Assembly (NCBI GenBank): GCA_040005235.1
Contig: JBDTZG010000104.1
Span: 1 to 12,751 of the forward strand
DNA length: 12,751 nt
Reading direction: 5' to 3'
Source of the DNA: Acidobacteriota bacterium
GTDB lineage: Bacteria; Acidobacteriota; Thermoanaerobaculia; Multivoradales; UBA5704
Below the pieces are notes generated by a model that worked only from the letters and a program-made list of their open reading frames with translations, was not told the origin of the DNA and searched no databases. The translations under genes were made by a program, and so were the position numbers. This document shows, piece by piece, positions 1 through 5,978 of the stretch. Every line of letters begins with the position of its first letter. Within the stretch, counting starts at the first letter, position 1.

Positions 1-1031
1 GCGTTGGTGACCACGCCGTACGCCTGGTGGGTGCCGCGGTCCTTGAGCTTGTTGACCACGAACTCGGTCTGATCGACGCAGATCGTCATCAGGTCGGTGG
101 GCACCCCGTCGTGATGCGTGTGGTAGGCGGGGAGCATGTTGCCCACCGCGATCGCGTGGAGGGCGGTGGCCACGAAGATCGCGCCGGTGGCCTTCACGGT
201 CTGCTCGCGCATCGCGTCCTGGGCGGCGAGCGAATCGGAAAGCACTCCCGGCAGCGGCCCGTCGTCGCGGATCGATCCGGCGAGCACGTACGGTACGCCT
301 TGGGTGACCAGCGTGTGGATGATGCCGCCCTTGATCTTGCCTTCCTCGACCGCTTTTTCGATCGACCCGCTGGCGCGCACCGCGTTGATCGCCCGCATGT
401 GGAGGCCGTGGCCCCCTTCGGCCGGGTGACCCAGGTTGTCCATGCCGAGCGTGGTGCCGAACATCGAAGCTTCGATGTCGTGGACTGCGACCGCATTGCC
501 GGCTAAAAAGCAGCTGACGTAGCCGTTCTTGATGAACCATTCGAAATCGCCGCGCGCTCTGGAGTGAACGAACGCCGGGCCGGCGACCCAGACGAGATAG
601 CCGCCCTTCCTCCGTTCGTCGTCCAGCCGTTCGGCCAGCTCCTCGTAGTTGACCGGCCGCTCGCGGCTCACCTCGGTCGACATGAAGCGAAACTCGTTCG
701 CGCCGTGCGCCCCGGCGAGAAACCCTTCGGTATGAACGAAGATCCCGGCGCTGCCGTCCTCGGCGAGCCCCATCGCGATCTGCTCGCCCTGCTTCAGGCG
801 GCGCGGCTCGATCACTTCGATCTCGTCGCCCCGGCGGACGATCACGCAATCCATCCGCGGCCGGATCGGCAGCTTCCAGGTTCCGCCCACCTTCACGTAG
901 GTTGGCAGGTTCGAGGTGGAGAAGAACCCGTCGGGCAAAATGCCATCGGCCGGGATCGGCGCGAACTGGGCTTCGGGAGCGGTGGAAAACGGGGCTAGAG
1001 AGAAGTCGGGGAATCGATATGCGGTCGCCAT
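1..1031 (-). CDS. TIGR00300 / ArgZ(AgrE) C-terminal-like protein, probable ornithine cyclodeaminase (3' end truncated by window edge)
   Basis: Not in the ORF track because there is no stop inside the window. Manual translation from ATG at 1031 gives an open frame of 343 codons: MATAYRFPDFSLAPFSTAPEAQFAPIPADGILPDGFFSTSNLPTYV...RMDCVI...FRFMSTEVSRERP...WVAGPAFVHS...LAGNAVAVHDIEASMFGTTLG...YVLAGSIRDDGPLPGV...ATALHAIAVGNMLP...VNKLKDRGTHQAYGVVTN. GNAxAxHDIE, AGSIRDDGPLP and KLxDRG are hallmarks of this family. Confidence 0.88.
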   Translation of the reverse strand, partial: MATAYRFPDFSLAPFSTAPEAQFAPIPADGILPDGFFSTSNLPTYVKVGGTWKLPIRPRMDCVIVRRGDEIEVIEPRRLKQGEQIAMGLAEDGSAGIFVHTEGFLAGAHGANEFRFMSTEVSRERPVNYEELAERLDDERRKGGYLVWVAGPAFVHSRARGDFEWFIKNGYVSCFLAGNAVAVHDIEASMFGTTLGMDNLGHPAEGGHGLHMRAINAVRASGSIEKAVEEGKIKGGIIHTLVTQGVPYVLAGSIRDDGPLPGVLSDSLAAQDAMREQTVKATGAIFVATALHAIAVGNMLPAYHTHHDGVPTDLMTICVDQTEFVVNKLKDRGTHQAYGVVTN

Positions 1032-1042
1032 AGCAGGGCGGG

Positions 1043-1051
1043 AGTCTAGCA
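1043..1051 (-). promoter_or_regulatory. Putative extended -10 element (TGC-TAGACT) upstream of the cyclodeaminase-like gene
   Basis: Minus strand reads TAA-GCCCACC-TGCTAGACT-CCCGCCCTGCT-ATG. It matches TGn-TAnnnT, lies 11 nt before the ATG, and there is no Shine-Dalgarno. Confidence 0.5.
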
Positions 1052-1058
1052 GGTGGGC

Positions 1059-1856
1059 TTACAACCCGCGCACGTACCCGCCATCCACCGCCAAGGCCTG
1101 GCCGGTGACGTAGGAGGCGGCGGGCGAGCAAAGGAACCCGATCGCGGCCGCAATCTCTTTCGGTTCGGCCATCCGGCCGGCGGGGGTGTTCGCCACCCAA
1201 CCGGCGACTACCTCTTCGACCGGTTTGCCGGTGCGGGCCGAGGCAGCGCGGGAGAGCTCTTCCTGGCGCTCGGTGAGGGTATAGCCGGGCAGGACGGCGT
1301 TCACCGTCACGCCGTCCGCCGCGACCTCTTGGGACAGCGTCTTCAAGTACCCCAGGACCGCCGGGCGGAGCGCGTTGGAAAGCGCTAGATTGGGGATCGG
1401 CTGGCGCGCGGAGACCGAGTTGATCGCCACGATACGTCCCCACTTTCGATCGCGCATCCCCGGCAACACCCGGTTGCACAGCCGCGGCACGAACAGCAGG
1501 GTGAGCGGGATCGCCAGCTCCCAGTCCTCGTCGGTCAGATCGACCGCCGGTTTGGACGGGGGTCCGCCGCCGTTCGCGACCAGGATGTCGATCGCCCCGA
1601 GACGGGATTGCACTTCGGTCACCAGGTTGTCGAGCGATTCGCGCTCCCGCACGTCGACCGGCACGGCGATCGCGTCCGCTCCGGAATCGGTGAGCGTTGC
1701 GAGCGCCCGCTCCAGCTTGTCGCCGCCGCGGCTCGCGATCGCGACCCGGGCGCCCTGGGCCGCCAAGGCTTGAGCCGCCGCGAAGCCGAGGCCGGAGGAG
1801 GCGCCGGTGACCAGGGCGATTTTTCCGGCCAGAGGACCGGTGACCGAACCGCTCAT
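1059..1856 (-). CDS. SDR family oxidoreductase (3-oxoacyl-reductase-like, atypical active site)
   Basis: TGASSGLG cofactor motif, ILVANGGGPP, GRIVAINS, TVNAVLPG and C-terminal YVTGQALAVDGG. The catalytic YxxxK is replaced by SNALR. AAGGAG SD lies in the tail of the upstream gene, with a 3-nt gap between the genes. Confidence 0.93.
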   Translation of the reverse strand: MSGSVTGPLAGKIALVTGASSGLGFAAAQALAAQGARVAIASRGGDKLERALATLTDSGADAIAVPVDVRERESLDNLVTEVQSRLGAIDILVANGGGPPSKPAVDLTDEDWELAIPLTLLFVPRLCNRVLPGMRDRKWGRIVAINSVSARQPIPNLALSNALRPAVLGYLKTLSQEVAADGVTVNAVLPGYTLTERQEELSRAASARTGKPVEEVVAGWVANTPAGRMAEPKEIAAAIGFLCSPAASYVTGQALAVDGGYVRGL

Positions 1857-1859
1857 CGC

Positions 1860-2735
1860 CTACTCCTTTTTCTTGCCGTCCGCGTCGTATTCGTAGACGC
1901 CGCGGCCGGATTTTCTGCCCAGCCGTCCGGCTCGGACGTGCTGGACCAGCAGGTTGTTCGGGCGGAAGCGATCGCCGAGCGACTGGTGGAGGAATTCGAG
2001 GATCTTGAGCCGGACGTCCAGGCCCACGAGGTCGCCCAGCTCGAACGGACCCATCGGATGGTTCAGCCCGAGCTTCAAGGCCCGATCGATGTCCGGCGCG
2101 CTCGCCACCCCTTCTTCGAGCATGCGGAACGCCTCGTTGCCAATCATCGCGTTGATCCGGGTGGTGACGAATCCCGGCGCCTCGCGGACGACCACGACCT
2201 CTTTGCCCATCCGCTCGCCTACAGCGCGCATCGCTTCGAGCGTCTCGTCCGAGGTTTGGAGGCCTCGGACCAGCTCCAGGAGTTTCATCACGTGGACCGG
2301 ATTGAAGAAGTGCATGCCGGCGAAGCGTTCCGGCCTGCCCGAAGCCGCGGCCATCTCGGTGATCGAAAGCGCGGAGGTGTTCGAGGCGAACAGCGCCTCG
2401 GCCGGGGCGCTCTTCGCCACCGCGGCGAAGGTCTCGATCTTGAGCTTCATGTCTTCCGGGATCGCCTCGATCACCAGGTCGGCGTCCGTTACCGCCTCGG
2501 CTAGGTCGGTGTGAAGCGAGAGGCCGGCTTTGGCGCCCGCCGCAGCCTCGGCATTCACCTTGCCGAGCGAAACCCCTTTGTCCAGGTTTTTGACGATCGT
2601 CGCCTGCGCCTGATCGAGCATGGGCCGGGAGACGTCGAACAGGCGGGTCCGATAGCCGGCGAGCGCCGAGACGTGGGCGATGCCGCGGCCCATGGTGCCG
2701 GAGCCCAGCACGGCGAGGGTCTTGATCTCGATCAT
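1860..2735 (-). CDS. 3-hydroxyacyl-CoA (3-hydroxybutyryl-CoA/PaaH-like) dehydrogenase
   Basis: GSGTMGRGIA Rossmann motif, VIEAIPE, ASNTSALS, GMHFFNPV (catalytic His), PGFV, HPMGPFELGDLVGLD, GRLGRKSGRGVYEY. Start taken as ATG 2735 (MIEIKTLAVLG); the TTG at 2756 overlapping the upstream stop is an alternative. Confidence 0.95.
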   Translation of the reverse strand: MIEIKTLAVLGSGTMGRGIAHVSALAGYRTRLFDVSRPMLDQAQATIVKNLDKGVSLGKVNAEAAAGAKAGLSLHTDLAEAVTDADLVIEAIPEDMKLKIETFAAVAKSAPAEALFASNTSALSITEMAAASGRPERFAGMHFFNPVHVMKLLELVRGLQTSDETLEAMRAVGERMGKEVVVVREAPGFVTTRINAMIGNEAFRMLEEGVASAPDIDRALKLGLNHPMGPFELGDLVGLDVRLKILEFLHQSLGDRFRPNNLLVQHVRAGRLGRKSGRGVYEYDADGKKKE

Positions 2736-2752
2736 GGCGAGGAGGCCTGCGC

Positions 2753-3412
2753 TCAAGAAACCGGAATGTTGTGGACGCCGGTCGTCTTGGCGGCCAGGTT
2801 CGACAGCTCGTCGGCGATCGCCAGCGTATTGCGCACGGCGGCCGAGGCCTGCTCTTGAATCTCAGGCGTCGTGGCGTGCTTCTCCAAATACTGGCGGCCG
2901 AGCTCGTGGTGGTGCGCCTCTTCCGGCTGGATCGTCCGGTCGTAGAGGTCGGCGGTGCCGGCGTCGCCCACCGAGCGGCAGAAGTTCACGAACTGGGCGT
3001 TTCTTATCTTGGCGATCGCCTCGGAGGCGAACGGCCCGGCGGCGATCCGCTCGACCGTCGTGCGCAGGCCGCGCAGGTATTGGTAGAGGGGGCTATGCCC
3101 CTCGGCGAGCGGATCGAACGCGGAGGCGTCCTCGCCGATCTCGGCCAGCCGCTCGACGATCATGCCGTAATGCTTCATCTCGTCGCCGCACTGGAGCGCG
3201 AGGATCATCTTGGCCTCGACCTCGGGGGTCGAGGTCATCCAGAAACCGGCCAGCTCGCTCGCTTCGAGCTCGCTCTTCAGGGCCAGCTTGAGCAGGGTCA
3301 CGACGTCCACTTTCCCGTTGGCTTCGGCTTCGAGCGTCTCGGTTTCGCCGAGGCGGGAGAAAAGTTCGTCCATTTCGGTCAACAATTGGGTGACGAAGGT
3401 CTTGGCGTCCAA
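2753..3412 (-). CDS. Ferritin-like diiron-carboxylate protein (PaaA/BoxB-like ligand spacing)
   Basis: Two E...ExxH pairs: SELEASE...DEMKH and SEAIAK...EEAHH, in a helical acidic 219-aa protein. TTG start with AAGGAG SD about 7 nt upstream. Confidence 0.85.
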   Translation of the reverse strand: MDAKTFVTQLLTEMDELFSRLGETETLEAEANGKVDVVTLLKLALKSELEASELAGFWMTSTPEVEAKMILALQCGDEMKHYGMIVERLAEIGEDASAFDPLAEGHSPLYQYLRGLRTTVERIAAGPFASEAIAKIRNAQFVNFCRSVGDAGTADLYDRTIQPEEAHHHELGRQYLEKHATTPEIQEQASAAVRNTLAIADELSNLAAKTTGVHNIPVS

Positions 3413-3461
3413 CGGGGGGCTCCTTCACGTTCAGCGCGCGCTTGGTGAGCGTGCGAGCCCT

Positions 3462-3502
3462 AGCCTACTTCATCTCCGGCGGAGGAATGAGCGGGATAGA
3501 CT
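3462..3502. promoter_or_regulatory. Putative divergent promoters for the ferritin-like operon (-) and folE (+)
   Basis: TAGGCT on the minus strand (3462-3467) and TAGACT on the plus strand (3497-3502) are both TAnnnT -10-like and face outward. An AAGGAG SD precedes each downstream start. Confidence 0.4.
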
Positions 3503-3531
3503 GCACGTTCTGGCGCGGGAAAGGAGTCCTC

Positions 3532-4146
3532 ATGAATCACGACATCGACCTTCTGGAACCGATCGCGGGGGTGAGCGAGGCGGATCAGGTGAAGGTCGCG
3601 ACCGTCGCCCATCACGTTCGGGGCATTCTGTCCGCCCTCGGGCTCGATCTCACCGATCCGAACCTCGCGGAGACCGATCGCCGCGTGGCCAAAATGTACA
3701 TCGAGATGTTTCATGGCCTTTCCGAAGGGGCCGAGCCGGCGATCACCACGTTCCCGAACGAAGAGAACTACAGCCACATGGTGATGGAGAAGCACATCCC
3801 GTTCTACTCGATGTGCGCTCACCATCTGGTGCCGTTTTACGGTCACGCCCACATCGCCTACATCCCGAACGACCGGATCATCGGCCTGTCGAAGTTTTCC
3901 CGCATCCTGGAATTCTATGCCAAGCGGCCACAGCTTCAGGAGCGGCTCACCGAGCAGGTGGTCTCCTATTTGGACGAGCACCTGAAACCCCAGGGGGCGA
4001 TGGTGGTGATCGAGGCGCGGCATCTTTGCGTTGAGATGCGTGGTGTGAAGAAGCCGGGTTCTGAGACGGTCACCTCGGCGCTGCGCGGAATCTTTCACCA
4101 GAAGCCGGTGCGCGAAGAGTTCCTCGACCTGTTGAAGAGGCGTTGA
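3532..4146 (+). CDS. folE: GTP cyclohydrolase I (type IA)
   Basis: Zn-ligand motifs YSMCAHHLVPF and HLCVEMRG, plus GLSKFSR, RPQLQERLT and C-terminal REEFL. ATG 3532 follows a strong AAAGGAG SD, so the ORF-track start at 3442 is probably too long. Confidence 0.96.
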   Translation: MNHDIDLLEPIAGVSEADQVKVATVAHHVRGILSALGLDLTDPNLAETDRRVAKMYIEMFHGLSEGAEPAITTFPNEENYSHMVMEKHIPFYSMCAHHLVPFYGHAHIAYIPNDRIIGLSKFSRILEFYAKRPQLQERLTEQVVSYLDEHLKPQGAMVVIEARHLCVEMRGVKKPGSETVTSALRGIFHQKPVREEFLDLLKRR

Positions 4147-4151
4147 CCGCC

Positions 4152-4757
4152 ATGCCTGCCTGTGTCCGCTCGTTCGCGCTGCTTGGGTTGTTGCTCGGCG
4201 TTCTGGTCGGAGCCGGATCGCCGGCCGATGCGGCGGCCAAGCCGCAGTCGCGGCGCTATGAGGACCTGACCAACCCGCTGCTCGGGCCGGACTACGCTGC
4301 CTGGATGCTCGGCGCGGTCTCGCGGATGGCGAGCGATCCAGAGATCGTGGAGTTTCTCGCCCTCCACACCGACGAGTCGGCCGCCGCCTTCGTCGAGAGC
4401 TTCTGGAAAAAGCGCGACCTAACCCCCGGAAGCGAAGGAAACCCTGCCCGCGAGGTGTTCGACACTCGCTCCGAGGAGGCCGACCGGCTCTATTCCGAAG
4501 CGGCCATCCTCGGTCGCCACACGGCGCGCGGCGCAGTTTTCGTGCTCTACGGCGCCCCCGCCAAGATCGATTTCGACATCACGTCGCTTCCGGGCAACCA
4601 GGCGCTCGAAGTTTGGCACTACGACGAGAAAGCCCCGTTCGGCCTCGACGGGAAGAAGCCGTTCGGGAACTTCCGCTTCATCAAGGCAGGGGGCCTCACC
4701 GTGCCGTTCGTTCCCGGCCGAACGCGCATTCGCCCAGGCGTCCGCCCGCCAGGCTAG
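4152..4757 (+). CDS. Exported GWxTD-domain-like protein (variant motif)
   Basis: N-terminal signal peptide (FALLGLLLGVLVGAGSPADA), then W..GAV..., FVESFWKKRDLTP, NP.RE.F..R...AD, GRHTARGAVFVLYGAP and EVWHY. This is the GWxTD-family layout with GWxTDRG degenerate. Start at ATG 4152, or TTG 4143 overlapping the folE stop. Confidence 0.8.
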   Translation: MPACVRSFALLGLLLGVLVGAGSPADAAAKPQSRRYEDLTNPLLGPDYAAWMLGAVSRMASDPEIVEFLALHTDESAAAFVESFWKKRDLTPGSEGNPAREVFDTRSEEADRLYSEAAILGRHTARGAVFVLYGAPAKIDFDITSLPGNQALEVWHYDEKAPFGLDGKKPFGNFRFIKAGGLTVPFVPGRTRIRPGVRPPG

Positions 4758-4801
4758 GTCGGCTAAGCCGCGCGCGATTCCGGCGGGCGCCCTCCTCAAG
4801 C

Positions 4802-4810
4802 TGGTAGGAT
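4802..4810 (+). promoter_or_regulatory. Putative extended -10 element (TGG-TAGGAT) for the fabH-like gene
   Basis: TGGTAGGAT 34 nt upstream of ATG 4845, with a GAGGAG SD in between. Confidence 0.5.
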
Positions 4811-4844
4811 CTCGCTCCACAAAATGATTTCGAGGAGCCGATAG

Positions 4845-5927
4845 ATGCCCCAGAACCGCGCCGTCCTAGCCGGTACCGGTGTGGCGATCCCCCCGTACGA
4901 GATCACGAACGACATGCTCGCTCGGATCATCGAGACGAGCGACTCTTGGATTCGCGAGCGGAGCGGCATCTCCACCCGCTACTACGTCGACCCGGGAGTC
5001 GGCTCCTCCGACCTGGGCGCCGAGGCGGCTCGTGCGGCGATCGCCGATTCCGGAATCGATCCCGCGGAGATCGACTACCTGGTCTGCGCCACGATGACTC
5101 CGGACCACTACTTCCCTGGGTCCGCCACCCTGATCCAGCAGAAATTAGGTTTGAAGGCGCTGCCGACGCTCGACATCCGCCAGCAGTGCGCGGGATTCGC
5201 CTATGGGCTGCAACTGGTCGACGCGCTGATCCGCAGCGGCGTGGCGAAAAACGTGCTGCTGGTGGGCACCGACGTTCATACCTCATTGATGCCGTTCTCG
5301 GCCCGCACGTTCGAGGTGCTGCACGGTCGCGATCCCGGGCCGCTCTCTGCGGAGGATTTCGCCTGGAACTCGAACTTCCGGCACCTGCTCGTCCTGTTCG
5401 GCGACGGGGCGGGCGCGATGGTGTTCCGCGGGGAAGAGCGCGTTGAAGGAAAACCCGAGCGCGGCATCCTCGGCTCGGCACTCTACGGCGACGGCAACCA
5501 CAAGGACATCCTCTACGTGCCGGGGGGAGGCTCCGCCAACCGGCCGTTCGTCACCGCCGAGATGATCGCCGCGGCCCAGACCGTGCCGGTGATGGACGGC
5601 AAGGCGGTGTTCAAGCTGGCGGTGACCCGGATGCCCGAGGTGACGCGGGAAATCCTGACCAAGCACGGCTACACCCTCGACGATCTCGATCTCCTGGTGA
5701 TGCATCAGGCGAACCTGCGGATCAACGAGGCGTCGCAGAAGGCGCTGGGCCTACCCGACTCCAAGGTCTGGAACAACATCCAGAAGTTCGGCAACACGAC
5801 GTCCGCCACCCTGCCGCTCGCGTTCCATGAAGCGCGGCAAGCGGGTAAGGCGCCGGAGGGCGCGCTCGTCGCCTTCACCGCGCTCGGCGCGGGTCTCCAT
5901 TGGGGATCGGTGTTGATGCGGGTGTGA
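4845..5927 (+). CDS. fabH: 3-oxoacyl-ACP synthase III (FabH family)
   Basis: TSDSWIRERSGI, catalytic Cys in DIRQQCAGF, VLFGDGAGA, MDGKAVFK, HQANLRI, GNTTSAT and GAGLHWG. The Cys-His-Asn triad is intact. May be a paralog rather than the housekeeping FabH. Confidence 0.92.
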   Translation: MPQNRAVLAGTGVAIPPYEITNDMLARIIETSDSWIRERSGISTRYYVDPGVGSSDLGAEAARAAIADSGIDPAEIDYLVCATMTPDHYFPGSATLIQQKLGLKALPTLDIRQQCAGFAYGLQLVDALIRSGVAKNVLLVGTDVHTSLMPFSARTFEVLHGRDPGPLSAEDFAWNSNFRHLLVLFGDGAGAMVFRGEERVEGKPERGILGSALYGDGNHKDILYVPGGGSANRPFVTAEMIAAAQTVPVMDGKAVFKLAVTRMPEVTREILTKHGYTLDDLDLLVMHQANLRINEASQKALGLPDSKVWNNIQKFGNTTSATLPLAFHEARQAGKAPEGALVAFTALGAGLHWGSVLMRV

Positions 5928-5930
5928 GGC

Positions 5931-5936
5931 TATGAT
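5931..5936 (+). promoter_or_regulatory. Putative -10 element (TATGAT) for ppdK
   Basis: TATGAT sits immediately after the fabH stop and is followed by a purine-rich leader and a GAGGAG SD before ATG 5979. Confidence 0.45.
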
Positions 5937-5978
5937 TTCCGCCGAAGAAAGAAACGGATCGATTCGAGAGGAGAGACG

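Noticed and set aside
27-1113. Several ORF-track ORFs (27..506, 136..429, 194..496, 564..998, 916..1113)
   Set aside because: All are shadows of the real minus-strand gene at 1..1031, which carries clear family motifs.
2753-3412. CADD-like pABA synthase or encapsulin cargo ferritin
   Set aside because: CADD has a heme-oxygenase-like fold with a different ligand pattern. There is no encapsulin gene nearby and no recognisable targeting peptide.
1608-3448. Plus-strand ORFs 1608..2504, 1954..2514, 2680..3291 and 2771..3448
   Set aside because: They are antisense to well-supported minus-strand genes and have no motifs or start signals.
3442-3531. N-terminal extension of FolE in the ORF track
   Set aside because: A strong SD precedes ATG 3532, and the extension overlaps the putative divergent promoter region.
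3532-4146. folE as part of a 7-deazaguanine DNA-modification or queuosine cluster
   Set aside because: No queC/queD/queE, tgt or dpd-like gene is in the window.
4743-4789. CGCCCGCC / GGCGGGCG inverted repeat enclosing CGGCTAAGCCG
   Set aside because: GC-only arms far apart are expected by chance at this GC content, and there is no U-tract. Too weak to call a terminator.
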